Assembly: GCF_004010195.1 (NCBI RefSeq)
Contig: NC_057751.1
Coordinates: 3,747,707-3,781,536 of the forward strand
Direction: 5' to 3'
DNA: 33,830 nt
DNA from: Chiloscyllium plagiosum
Taxonomy: Eukaryota
Shown: positions 1 to 10,704 of the stretch, in pieces
Position numbering within the stretch: the stretch's first letter is position 1
Layout: every line of letters begins with the position of its first letter
Program-made: the position numbers and the translations under genes
The notes under the pieces: model-generated
What the model saw: only the letters and a program-made list of their open reading frames with translations
Databases searched by the model: none
Told to the model about the DNA's origin: nothing

Positions 1-179
1 TCAGGACTGGAATCACTTGCAGGCCAGGTCAGATGAGGATATTAGGGAAGCCGATGGGTATTTCCTGGCAAGAAACAATCTTAATTCCAGATTTTTTACT
101 GAATTAACCTGGGTCCCTCGAACATGATGACGTTCACTGGACTATCAGTCACTTTAAAATGTCTCTCGGCCATCGCCTC
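1..179 (-). mobile_element. Degraded tRNA-derived SINE (same family as 15231-15785), 5' part
   Basis: Reverse complement aligns by eye with the head of the copy at 15231: ggccatcgcctc at ~168-179 is the 5' end, and ttaattccagattttttactgaatt matches aataaagaaaaatctggaattaa. Confidence 0.6.
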
Positions 180-361
180 ACCAATGGCAGGCACAGCAGT
201 CTGCACAGTTAAGTGCCTGATTCTCAAAAGCTCCAAGTGTGAGACTTTTGCCAGCTTTTCAGCTGGTAAACCTGGATCCAATCACCTCCAATATCACCCA
301 TTTTATAAATGTTCATCCTGTGAATGAAACAAATGATTTGTGTTTGACAAATTGTGTTCTG

Positions 362-666
362 AGAGTACTGTGGGACCTTGAACAGATGGGACAGGGACTG
401 AGGAGTGGCAACTGGAGTTAGGTTTCGGTAAATGTTAGGTGCTGCATTTTGGAAAGGCAAATCAGGGCAAAACTTATACACTTAATGGTGAGTCCTGGGG
501 AGTGCGGGTTCATAGTTCCTTGAAAGTGGAGTCCCAGGTCGACAGGATAGTGAAGAAGGATATTGGCCAAATGCTGGCAAATGGGATTTGATTAATTTAG
601 GTTATTTGGTCAGCTTGGAAGAGTTGGACCGAAGGGTTTGTTTCTATGCTGTGAAGCTCTATGACT
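362..666 (+). mobile_element. CR1 LINE 3' fragment with a large internal deletion
   Basis: RT C-terminal sequence (gtgctgcattttggaaaggcaaatcagggc ... gtgaagaagg) is joined at ~560 directly to the CR1 3' tail (ggccaaatgctggcaaatggg ... ctctatgact). The tail matches those at 11900-12031 and 12780-12925. Confidence 0.8.
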
Positions 667-914
667 GTAAATGTATTTCTTAATGTGTTTTTAACCATTC
701 CTGTTTACCCAAAGCATTTTAAAGTTAAGCAAGAGATAGTTGGAGTGAATTTACAGACTGGCAAAAGACAGGGAGTCTGTTTCCCTGAAGGATACTAACA
801 GGCTAATAGGAAAGTGACAACAATCTGGTGCTTGCCAACAAATGACCAATTGAATACGTAATTGATTAATTATTCATATTGAGATTTGAACTCATTTTTC
901 AGTTTACAAGTCCA

Positions 915-1227
915 ATCAGATTAGATTCCCTACAATTTGGGAACAGGCCTTTCAGCCCAAAAAGTCCACATCGACTCTCTGAAGAGTAACCCATCTGGAA
1001 CCATTCCCCTACCCTATATTTACCCCTGACTAATACACCTAACATTATGGACAGTTTAGCATGGCCAATTCACCTGACCTGCACATCTTTGCACTGTGGG
1101 AGGAAACTCACGCAGACACAGGGAGAACATGCAAACTCTACACAGACAGTCGCCCAAGGTGTGAATCAAACCCGGGTCCCTGGCGCTGTGAGGCAGCAGT
1201 GCTAACCACTGAGCCACCCTGCCGCCC
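915..1227 (-). mobile_element. HE1-type (V-SINE) tRNA-derived SINE, near full length
   Basis: Minus strand begins GGGCGGCAGGGTGGCTCAGTGGTTAGCACTGCTGCCTCACAGCGCCAGGGACCCGGGTTTGATTC (Pol III A and B boxes), then the V-domain-like core GAGTTTGCATGTTCTCCCTGTGTCTGCGTG and a short (AATCT)n tail. Confidence 0.92.
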
Positions 1228-1231
1228 CATA

Positions 1232-1326
1232 TCATGGTGCAGTGGTCATATGCCTTCTTCAGAAACTGGAGGCTAAGGTTCAGTTCCCATCTGAAGAGAT
1301 GTGTAGTAACATTTCTGGACAGGTTC
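1232..1326 (+). mobile_element. Short (~100 bp) tRNA-derived SINE, degraded
   Basis: A-box-like tggtgcagtgg and B-box-like ggttcagttcc, followed by a tail (aacatttctggacaggtt) similar to the copies at 3478-3583 and 28727-28834. Confidence 0.5.
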
Positions 1327-2608
1327 GCATGAAAATGTCTCAAGGTCCAATTCCAGAACCAACAAGCTACTGACAATATTCTGTTGTACCAACAAAGAAG
1401 AAAGAAAGTTAACTCTGCATTCAAACAAGGAATTCAAATTCCACCATCCTCCATTGTTGATTTGAACCTGGGTCCCCAGAATGTAATGTGAAAAATGGTA
1501 CAATTACATAAGATTATTAAAAGAAATGCCTTCAACAAACCACTAAAGGCTGTTAACATTCTTTCCTTGACCACGATTTAAGTAGTTCAGAGTCAGCCAT
1601 TTCCACTTTCCTTTCTGAGAAGTGAAAAGAACTGAAAAATAAAATTAATAACCTGACATTTATTCTACATCTACCGATACTTTTTTGTTCATTATTATTT
1701 GACCACAAGCATGATGCTCTCCTTCTCCAAGTGCACTTTTTAATGGAGCTCCCAAACACACACAGAGTTAAAAAAAAAACGACAACTTGAAAATTTTCAA
1801 GGCTATTTAAAAATACATAAGTCATAAAATATATTGGCAAAAATTCTTCCTCAAGTAAGATACCTGTATGATTTCTGGTCAAATAAACACTTAAGTGATG
1901 AGAACTATGAAAAAGCATGTTAGAGATATGAAGAAGTGACTGCAATTTTAAAGCCTGCAAATGAAACAAACCGATCGAACACTGCTTTGACTGTGAAGTA
2001 TCACAGAACATGTTTCTTATTTACCAAGCAGCACAGAATGTAAATCGAACAAGCAGAACTAACATCTCAAAGATAAATCTTGTTCATTCTTTATGATCAT
2101 CTGAGTCATTGAGCATGAATCATTGTTTCCTCGGCTTGTGGCTTTTCAAGTAAATGATAAATTATACAGTGAACACAAAGCAGGGTGGAAGGGAATGTCT
2201 AGTCTGGACAGGGAGTAGTGGGTGGATATTTGAAGATTAGTCAGGGCAGGCAAAAGAGCAATTAAAATATATTCTGAGACTTACCATGACTTAACAAGTG
2301 CATGCAAATTTGGGTTTTCATATGTTTGTTTTGTGGTCCTTTCTCTCTAGATTGTTTTAAAAGTTCTCCCTCTCTCCCATTCAGCATTTTTGGAGTCATA
2401 TTCTCTTAAAGGGTATTTATAGTTGAAAATTGTATTGTTCTCTCTGATGTTATTGTTACTGGGAATTGGCTATAGAGGAATGCAAGTTAACAGGCAAGAA
2501 CCATAACCAACTGTCCAAACTAGAATGATCTCAGACTTGGTCCTTCAGAATTTTTTGGGCAATTCAGGATGAGTTCAGCTGGGAACTCTTTGATGGTATT
2601 ACAGAACA

Positions 2609-2716
2609 CAGTTGAGAGTTGCTGGGAAAGCAGAGCAGGTCAGGCAGCATCTGAGGAGCAGGAGAGTCGATGTTTTGGGCAGAAGTCCTCCAGCATCTGC
2701 TGTCCTCACTTTCTCC
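2609..2716. mobile_element. 108-bp Penelope-derived mini-element with internal inversion, 12-bp TSD
   Basis: The direct repeat TATTACAGAACA lies at 2597-2608 and 2717-2728. The inner sequence is a minus-strand piece and then a plus-strand piece of the family at 20008-20147. Confidence 0.75.
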
Positions 2717-3204
2717 TATTACAGAACATACTCAGTCTCAAATGGACTTCAAAGGAGAGCCATATCAAGTGGTATTTCACATCAGGCAGGCCAAATCAAA
2801 ATTATTGCATGTTTTTGAAAAATATCACTGTTTATCAAAATAGACATGACAAAATGAGCCAATATTAGGCTATGCCAATTAACCATGCAATTATTGTCAA
2901 TGCTTCCTCACTCACATCTCAGGCTTCTCAAACCAGGGATAAGCATACCTGTCAACTCTATCTTATACAAATTCTCACAATGAATTATGTCACAAAAATG
3001 GACCAAATGGAATTAAGTGTCCCAAATTAGAGCTTCTTAATAGGGATGGAAACATGGCACTGCAAGTAGTTCTCATCTAAATCAGATTCAATTTTCAAAA
3101 CTTGTTCGTAGCTTGAATTAGACAATGCAAAGAATCAATTGAAAAAATAAAATACTTTAAGAACTAATTTTGAGCAACTAGGGGACAGCAAGTTCAGAAT
3201 TCTT

Positions 3205-3361
3205 AAGAATAAAGAATAGGACAGCAGAGAAACAAGACCTACAGCCCACCAAGCCTGTGCAGACACATGATGCCGTTCTGAACTAAGAGTTTTTTGTCTT
3301 TATCTGCTCCATATCCTTTTATTCCCTGCCTATTCATTGATCTGTCAAGATTCTTCTGAAA
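3205..3361 (-). mobile_element. CR1 LINE 3' tail fragment (older subfamily)
   Basis: Resembles CR1 3' ends (acagcagagaaacaagacctacagcccaccaagcctgtgc ... ccatatccttttattccctgcctattcat). Confidence 0.55.
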
Positions 3362-3477
3362 CTAGAAAATAATTTTAAGTTAGAATTAAAAACAGGGATA
3401 TACAAGGAGGAGAACATTTAAGACAAAATCTGAGACACAACTGAATTGATTTTCATTTCAAAATTGGTTTAAAGGTA

Positions 3478-3583
3478 GATATTTTGAATTAACCTATTCT
3501 GATATCTCTGCAGTGGATGGGATTTGAACCCAAGCCTGCAGGTCCAAAGGTACGTACAGCATCACTGTACCACAAGAGTACCC
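3478..3583 (-). mobile_element. Short tRNA-derived SINE (same family as 1232-1326)
   Basis: Minus strand has tggtacagtga (A-box-like) and gggttcaaatccc (B box), with tail atatcagaataggttaattcaaaatatc. Confidence 0.55.
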
Positions 3584-4029
3584 ACTTAATTGACCCACTT
3601 AATTGAACACGTTTCACAATAACTGGCTTAATATCAAAATAACAAAACTACTATCTGGCATTAATTGACAGACACAATCATATTATTGGTTTACTTGTTT
3701 CCACAAGAAGTGATTTAAACCCTGCTCACCAATCAGGATAATGCAGATAGCATTAATGCAGAACAGCTCTGGAACTTAACTGCAAAGACCTCACATGTTT
3801 TGATTTTAATAAGCTGTCCTGAGCTGAGGAGAAAGACACTTGCCAAAAAGTGGCAATCGTATTCTTTGGACTTGAAGGTTAAGCTGCAATGCGCCATCTG
3901 GGGTCAGACTACTATTTTTTCACTTGAATTCTAAGGAGTGAAACTGTTGGAAGGAGAATCAATCAGGGAGCAGAGTTAGGCCAGAAGAAATGTAAAAAAT
4001 TAAACAATTTTGAATCAAATTGAAGTCTG

Positions 4030-4380
4030 AACAACTGCTTCTTCACAACAAACATTCCTGTTTATTTTGGCTTTTGTCCCATTACATATTTGTCAGTTAA
4101 ATTCTTCTGGCCTCTACGTCATCCCAAACAATCCCTTTTATCATTCCTGCCCCTCCTTTCTACCGTCTTTCACTTTTGAAGAAGACTTGTATTCAACTTA
4201 AAACACTGCCTGTGTTTCCATCTGTTGTGAGACCTACTTCATGTCCAGAAGTGAAATAGTGGCAAAATACTGAAAATGCTGGAAACCTGAAACAAGCACA
4301 GTGAATGTTGGAGAAATGCAGCGGGCCTGGCAGCATCAGTGGGGAAAGAAATAGAGTTAATGTTGCAAGTGTAGTATGAC
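4030..4380. mobile_element. Degraded Penelope-type 3' region (+) followed by an opposite-orientation Penelope-derived terminal piece
   Basis: A pyrimidine-rich UTR ends in a decayed hammerhead-like segment (~4172-4215). 4262-4380 matches the aatgctggagaaa-cagcaggtctggcagcatc-agagttaatgtt terminal motif seen at 5260-5392 and 8105-8200. Confidence 0.5.
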
Positions 4381-4385
4381 ACTTA

Positions 4386-5026
4386 CAGTCATTGAGATGA
4401 TCACCGCAGAAACAGACCCTTCGGTCCAACTCGTCCATGCCGACCAGATATCCCAAACCAATCTTGTCCCACCTGCCAGCACATGGCCCATATCCTTCCA
4501 AATCCTTCCTATTCATATACCAATCCAGATGCCTTTTAAATGTTGCAATTGTACCAGCCTCCACCACTTCCTCTGGCAGCTCATTCCATACACTTACCAC
4601 CCACTGCATGAAAAGGTTGCCCCTTAGGTCTCTTTTGTGTCTTTCCCCTTTCACCCTAAAGCTGTACCCTCTACTTCTGGACTCCTCCACCCAGGGAAGA
4701 GACTTTGTCTATTTATCTTACCCAAACCCCTCATGATTTTATAAACCTCAGTAAGGTGAGCCCTCCGATGCTCCAGGGAAAACAGCCCCAGCCTATTCAG
4801 CCTCTCCCTATAGCTCAAATCCTCCAACCCTGGCAACATCCTTGTAAATCTTTTCCAAACCCTTTCGAGTTTCACAATATCTTTCTGATAGAAAGGAGAC
4901 CAGGATTGCACGCAATATTCCAAAAGTAGCCTCACCAATGTCCTGTACAGCCGCAACATGACCTCCCAACTCCTGTACTCAATACTCTGACCAATAAAAG
5001 AAAGCATACCAAACGCCTTCTTCACT
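4386..5026 (-). mobile_element. CR1 LINE, 5'-truncated (RT C-terminus plus 3' tail)
   Basis: ORFs 4651-5025 (KKAFGMLSFIGQSIEYRSWEVMLRLYRTLVRLLLEYCVQSWSP) and 4193-4690 (FMQWVVSVWNELPEEVVEAGTIATFKRHLD) are typical CR1 ORF2 C-terminal peptides. Confidence 0.93.
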
Positions 5027-5257
5027 TTTACTGGAATATTCTGAGGTGCTGCACAATAGCATCATATAACAATGCCATAAAGGATAGATATGGTCAAATG
5101 GTTGAAAACCTGATGAAAGAGATAAGTTTTAAGAAATGTTTTAAACAAGAAAGGGAAGATAGCAAGGAAGAAAGCTGCAGGAAGTGCTCTGACACGGTGA
5201 CAGACAGCAGAACTAAATCAGATTTTCTACATCTGTACTTGCACTGTAATAAAATTA

Positions 5258-5393
5258 AACAAAAGAACAAAGAACTGCAGATGCTACGAATCCAAAGTAA
5301 AGACAGAAATTGCTGGAGAAACTGAGCAGGTCTGGCAGTATCTGTGATGAGAATGTAGAGTCCACATTTTGGATTCAATGACCCTTCTTTCTA
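5258..5393 (-). mobile_element. Penelope-derived mini-element ending at a decayed hammerhead motif
   Basis: Carries the terminal motif agaaattgctggagaaactgagcaggtctggcag. It ends in ggattcaatgacccttctttctagaa, the reverse complement of a degenerate CTGANGA-stem-GAAA region. Confidence 0.6.
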
Positions 5394-6646
5394 GAAATAC
5401 AGAAAACTGAAGTAAGCCATTTAGCCCCTCAGGCCTGCTCCACCATTCAAGAAGCTCTTTGCTGATCTGTGGCTGCCTTGGTCCATATCCTCTGATACTT
5501 GTGCTCCATGAAAAGTGACTGTTTCAAATTTAAGTTTAACAATTCAATAACATCAACCAGCATTTAAGGAAAAGAGTTCCAAACCTCTAGAATCTTCAAG
5601 CAGTTATAGGATCATCAATTAGTGGAAATAGTTTATCTTTATCTACCCTATCTTTCCCTGTTAATATCCTAAAGACCTTGAGTCTTTTACACTACTGGAT
5701 GCGAAAGGCCTAATTTGTTTCATCCCTCCTTATAATTTAATCCTTGAAGCTCAGGTATGATCCTTGTAAACCTGTGTTGAACTCCCGCTCGGGCCAAAAC
5801 ATCCTTTCTGAGGTGTATGCTCAGATCTGCTCATAGTACTCAAGTAGGCACTAACTTGGGTTTTGCAAAACTGCAGCAAAGTTCTGCATCTCTTTCCTCC
5901 AGTCTTTTAGATATGAAAGTCAGCATTCCGTTCGCCTTCTTAACTATTATTTGTATCTGTTTGTGGCATTTTAAAAAAACAATGCACCTGAACCCCCAAA
6001 TCTCATGAGAGATCCATTACACTTAACTTCGTGCCTTCTGAAAAATATGTGATCAATCCTTTTCCAGTCTGAAATGGATAAACATATACTTGCTGATATC
6101 TGCCACAGTTTTGCCCATTCACCTAATCTATCAGTATCCTGTTAATATTTAATGCTGCCATCAGCACTGTCTGCAATGCTGCCCAATTTTATGGTCACGA
6201 GCAATGTTGGATATTTGATTTTTCATGCCATTATCCAAATTGTTAATGAATATTGTGAATAATTGAGGCATTAACACAGATCAACGAGACACCATTTATT
6301 CTGTCTTGTCAAATTGACTTCTTATTCAGAATTCAAACTCCCTGCTTCCAGCCAGTCAAGCAATTTCCTATCCATGTCAGTAATTTACCCCCAATTCCAC
6401 AGGTTTCCACCTTAGCTAACACTCTCTTGCAAAGGACTTGGTCAAAATTCTTCTTGAAATCCTTGTAAACAACATCCATCGACTTTGCACTGTCCACCGT
6501 TGTTGTTACCTCTTCAAAATACTGTTAGATTTATCAGGTATGACATATGCTTCATGAATCCATGCTGGTTCTCCCTGATTAATTGATGTTTTTCAAGTTG
6601 ATCGGTTACTGTATCCCAATTTATCAACTCCAATAACTTCTCCACC

Positions 6647-6755
6647 CTGACTGAAAACAACATATGTTGCAGATTACAGCGGGTCAGGCAGCATCCATGA
6701 AGAGAGAGCAAGCTAACATTTTGAATCTCGATGACTCTTCATCAGAGCACCAGAG
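6647..6755 (-). mobile_element. Penelope-derived mini-element with degenerate minimal hammerhead, inserted in CR1
   Basis: Flanked by cttctccacc (6637-6646) and cttcttcacc (6756-6765). Minus strand 6748-6712 reads gct CTGATGA a gagtc atcga gattc aAAA tg TT agc, a hammerhead core in which GAAA has become AAAA, consistent with CpG decay. Confidence 0.7.
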
Positions 6756-7084
6756 CTTCTTCACCATAGATATCAGACATTGGCAATGGGCTCTCCTTCC
6801 TCTTTTAACACTTGTGCATGGAAGCCACCAAGTCCTGGGGATTTGTCAAACTTTAGTTGCAGTAATTTCTCCATTACTGATGATTCACTTCAGATAATTT
6901 TATTTAGACCTGTTCCTGATGGTCTGTTAACTTCTTTGGGACTTGCGGCAAGATAGCCCCGTTTTCAGCTGTGAAAAATGTAGCAAAATAATTGTTCAGG
7001 ATGTTTGCCATTTCCTCTTGGTCATTGACAATAACGCCAATCTTAGCCTTCAGCGGGTCAACAGCACTCTTAACCAGCTGTTTT

Positions 7085-7240
7085 CCCATAACCTCAGTTA
7101 TCCAAACGTCAATTATCCAAATTTCAGATTATCCGAAAAAGATCTCAAGGTCCCATAAAAAGGATTTCAATTATCCAAACAATCAGTTATCCGAACAAAA
7201 TACTCCTGCCCGTCTCATTCAGATAATCGAGGTTGTTCTG
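7085..7240. mobile_element. Tc1/mariner-pogo (Tigger-like) MITE, left end eroded
   Basis: The right end ttcagataatcgaggttgttctg is followed by TA (7241-7242). The left end aacctcagttatccaaa (from 7090) is its imperfect inverse. TTATCC[A/G]AA is repeated five times on the + strand. The element interrupts the CR1. Confidence 0.65.
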
Positions 7241-7945
7241 TATCTCTTCTTATTGTCTTTTAAGTACCATGCACGTTTTATTTCATAATCTTTTTAGCCT
7301 CTCTTATAAACTGCATTGTGGCCTTTGTATTGGCTTTTTGTATTTGTTCTTTTCTGTGAGATCTGTACTGTTCTTTTTGTTTTTAGAAGGCCTTTCTTTC
7401 AATTTTATGCTGTCCTTTACCTCCTTACATGTCATGGCTGTTTTTCCTTGTGAGGTGCAGCTTCTCCTTCTCATGAGCACAAACTGCCTCTGAATAGTGT
7501 GAAATGTTTTTTTGAACATCCTCGACTGTTCCTTGGCTATTTTACATGTTAACAGAGCTTCCCAGTTTACTATGGACAGTGAATGCCTCCTCCCATTAAA
7601 GTCTGCTTTCCTTAAATCCAAAATTCTAGAGTCTAATCTTTGCTTAGGTCTAACAAGCATGACATGAAACTCCATCATGTTACCATCGTTATTTGACAAA
7701 TGGTCATGAACAACTTGATCACCAATTAAATCAGGCTCATTGATCATTACTAGATTCAATATTGCTTGTCCCCTTGTCACATCCAAGACATGTTATCAGA
7801 GGAAACTATCCTGTACACACTCAAGAAATTCATAATCTTTTTGGCAAGTGCTTGACTGCCTCTCCCAACCTATGCGAAGATTAAAATCCACTATTAATAC
7901 TACTCTGCTTTTGTTACACAGCTGTTTTATTTCCGCTTTTATACA

Positions 7946-8030
7946 ACTGGACCCAAAATGTTGACTCTGCTTTTTCTCCACAGATATTGCCAGACCTACT
8001 GAGTTTCTTCAGCAATTTCTGGTTTTGTTA
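7946..8030 (+). mobile_element. Penelope-derived terminal fragment
   Basis: actggacccaaaatgttgactctgc ... cagatattgccagacctactgagtttcttcagcaatttctg is the reverse-orientation match to the motif at 5260-5392. Confidence 0.6.
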
Positions 8031-8102
8031 TGGTAAAATTAAAACCTTCAAAGATTGTCAAAATTGACCCCACTGGTTCCTTAACGGACTTTCAAGGAAT
8101 CA

Positions 8103-8632
8103 ACACAAAAATGGAACTGCTGGAACAGCAGGTCAGGCAGCCTCTGTGGAGAGAAGTCAGACTTAACATTTTGGTTCCAGTGACCCTTCCTCACAACTCA
8201 TAGCAGCTAAGAAAATGTTGGCCGATGCAGAAGATAGGATGGGGGTGGGTGTAGGCTGTAAACAATAAATGGAGATAGAACCCAAAGAGAGAGAACAACA
8301 CATGGACAGATAGAGGAGCACATAACAACAAGCCGAGGAGAATGACTGGCCATTAATGGGGACTATTAGTGCTAAAGATGGGCTGTGTGTAACAGCAGAC
8401 TATGCAATAACAAGGCCTCGTGTGTGGGGGGGTTGGGGGAAGGATATGATACAAGTTGCGCCAATCCCTAAAATTGTTGAATTCGATATTGAGTCCAGAA
8501 GGCTGCTGAGGTCCCAAGAGGAAAATGAGGTGTTGCTCGTCCAGCTTTGCTGGAGTAGTTCACCAAACCTCAGACACAAATGCTGGCCAGGGAACAAGGT
8601 GGTGTGTTGAAGTGGGCGGGAACTGGAAGCTC
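8103..8632 (-). mobile_element. Penelope-like element 3' end (GIY-YIG C-terminus, UTR, terminal motif)
   Basis: Minus strand ~8550-8467 translates AKLDEQHLIFLLGPQQPSGLNIEFNNFR, the typical E..I..LGT..P.GLN end of Penelope GIY-YIG domains. A decayed hammerhead is at ~8161-8197. Confidence 0.8.
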
Positions 8633-8764
8633 AGACCATATGTTGCAGGCCAAGTATTTATTTAAAGTCTAAGTTCCAGATCTGATTCACCTAGTCAAAC
8701 TAATAGGCTTTAAGCAAAACACACTTTATTCTTACACCACAGTTAAAATACAAACCAAAATAAA

Positions 8765-9190
8765 TTCATGTAAAACTCACTTTTTACATTAGAATCAATT
8801 TAAACATCATGGCATAGACAGAGAACACAGGGGGCTAACACCTTCAACATATTGTCCAGATATCACCATTGCTAACAGCTAACCTGAGAATGCAACTTTT
8901 TAAAAAAAGGTTTTGTGATTTACACATGAAAGAACTGAAACTATCATGGTATTCAAACAGATGAAAGACTTAACAGACAATCAATTTTTAATGTATAACT
9001 TCAGTGACATCACACTGTAAATTTTTGCTATAAATTCTGTGTGTTAGGATTGAGCCCTCCACTATCACCTGATGAAGGAGCAATGCTCCGAAAGCTAGTG
9101 TGCTTCCAATTAAACCTGTTGGACTATAACCTGGTGTTGTGTGATTTTTAACTTTGCACACCCCAGTCCAACACCGGCATCTCCAAATCA
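8765..9190 (+). mobile_element. Penelope-like element 3' terminal region (pLTR), 5'-truncated
   Basis: Homologous in inverse orientation to 12256-12560, which is linked to a GIY-YIG ORF. It ends ...ccccagtccaacaccggcatctccaaatca and is flanked by caaaataaa at 8756-8764 and 9189-9197. Confidence 0.85.
9066..9100 (+). ncRNA. Minimal type I hammerhead ribozyme motif of a Penelope-like element
   Basis: cac-CTGATGA-a-ggagc-aat-gctcc-GAAA-gc-TA-gtg. Both catalytic boxes are intact, with a 5-bp stem II, cac/gtg stem I and palindromic AGCT in place of stem III. Cleavage is predicted after A9097. Confidence 0.8.
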
Positions 9191-9512
9191 AAATAAAAAC
9201 CAATTGGTATAACTTCAAGTCAATCAAAATAATGAACAAGTGAATATTTATTATTCAATTACTCCTCATGAACTGTTCCAATATAGTAGCCTCCTATAAA
9301 TACACCCTTGCCAAAGGCAAACTCAGCAAAACCAATTTGCTCACTTGCTTTCTACTTCAGTCCAGGAGAAGGAACACCAACAGAATGAATCCAGCAGCAC
9401 AGCAAAATCTCATGCTTTTGCAACGACAAAGAGAGCTATATCTAGCAGCTTCAACTCCAAAATTCCAACTTCAACAACGGCAGCAAAACTAAAACCCTAG
9501 GTCTGTGTGAGT

Positions 9513-10541
9513 CAGATTTAGGACCATTCAGTGCAGCCATTTTGGCGCGAGTGATTTGGCGCGGCCTGTTTGGCGCAACCTATTTTGCCACAGACACATT
9601 TAGGCGCAGAACTATTTTGGCACAGATATATGTAGTCATCAACAAAACAGTAAAATTATTAAATGGGTAGTTTCCAGTAGTTTGTAGTTATTATTAAAAT
9701 AATTCATCATCAAAGAAGAACAACTGTAGAGGGAACTTTACAAGTGATTAACGAGTGCCTAGAAAATTTGTCGGAAGCTTGCAAAGGAACAATGCCGAAC
9801 AACAGAGTGCTGATGAAAATGGTTCGTGGGACAAGGAAAGAAATTGCTGCTTACCCAGTAAATCCAAGAAATTTAGAAGAACGTGTAATTCCAGATAGCT
9901 TTAAAACATATTCTGTGAATGAATATAATAAAGAACAATCTTTACAAGCTGACAGCGGAAGCACCATCTGCAGAATTCTTATATTTGGAAGAAAAAGGAA
10001 TGCCGAGTTTCTGAAACAATCAAAAAAGTTATATATTGATGAAACATTCAAAATTTTCCCACCCCTATTTTCACAAGATTATGTTATTTTAGGGGGAATG
10101 CATAAAGATGTGTTCCCACTGTTGTATGTTTTACTCCCACATAAGTTACAAACAACATATAATAAATTATTTGAAATTATTCTGGAAATACAGCCTGAAT
10201 GCTGCCCTGACATTATCAACTGTGACTTTGAACTTGTACATTGCGTAGCAGAGCACGATATTCCGTTGAAATGAAAGAAAATCAGGAAATTTAATGGGTT
10301 ATATTTTCTTTTTTTTAGAAATTTTGAGGAACCACGGTTAGGAGTGGACTAATCACAGACTAAATGCAGTTGATACACAAATAACTACAAACTACTGGAA
10401 ACTACCCATTTAATAATTCTACTATTATGTTGATTTTCATTGATGTCTACCATATATCTGCGCCAAAATAGTTCTGCGCCGAAAAATAGGCTGTGCCAAA
10501 CAGGCCGCGCCAAAATGGCTGCGCCGAATGGTCCCACTCTG
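9513..10541 (+). mobile_element. Mutator-like (MULE) DNA transposon, internally deleted non-autonomous copy
   Basis: Long imperfect TIRs (~9513-9692 and ~10380-10541) include a perfect 39-bp inverted match (9654-9692 vs 10380-10418). The direct repeat GTGTGAGT(C) lies at 9505-9512/13 and 10542-10549/50. An internal MULE transposase fragment is present. Confidence 0.88.
9744..10274 (+). pseudogene. MULE (DDE) transposase fragment, 176 aa open frame, lacking the N-terminal domain and the C-terminal catalytic Glu region
   Basis: RILIFG ... LYIDETFKIFPPLFSQDYVI ... VFPLLYVLLPHKLQTTYNKLF ... PDIINCDFE matches the MULE-domain pattern (DGTF.. P..F.Q.Y.. PL.Y.LL..K...Y.. DFE). Similarity stops just after DFE. 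Confidence 0.85.
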
Positions 10542-10704
10542 GTGTGAGTCTGATTCCATCCACTCATGCTTCTTTCGTCTCAATTAAAAACTACCCAAAG
10601 CTGTTTACTTTCCATGGAGCAGCCACCTCAGCACCATGTTTACAACACACCTCTTCAAGAGGAACAGGACAGATAAATCCCTCTTAAAGGCACATCTCAT
10701 CATA

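Larger units (their letters stand above)
5394..7945 (-). mobile_element. Old CR1 LINE (APE endonuclease C-terminus, RT, 3' tail), with deletions and two nested insertions
   Basis: Minus-strand ORFs give VLIVDFNL..W (7796-7981), DVTRGQAILNLV and HLSNNDGN (SDH-like, 7304-7786), EMANILNNYFATFFT (6904-7089) and QLIRENQHGFMK (6514-6711). The 3' tail gccatttagcccctcaggcctgctccaccattcaa is at ~5415. Confidence 0.85.

Noticed and set aside
1150..1227. tRNA gene (also 11300-11369 and other A/B-box hits)
   Set aside because: The boxes belong to SINE heads that continue into SINE bodies. I see no complete cloverleaf.
1553..2011. 152-aa minus-strand ORF with possible splice sites (1954-1864; acceptor near 1615)
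   Set aside because: No recognisable protein, a non-ATG start, F/L/S-rich composition typical of AT-rich non-coding DNA, and a weak donor.
3581..3606. 13-bp tandem repeat cccacttaattga x2
   Set aside because: An ordinary micro-duplication at the edge of a SINE.
9527..9625. CRISPR-like or iteron-like spaced repeats
   Set aside because: The context is eukaryotic, the 8-bp units have 6-bp gaps, and they are mirrored in the opposite TIR, so they are transposon subterminal repeats.
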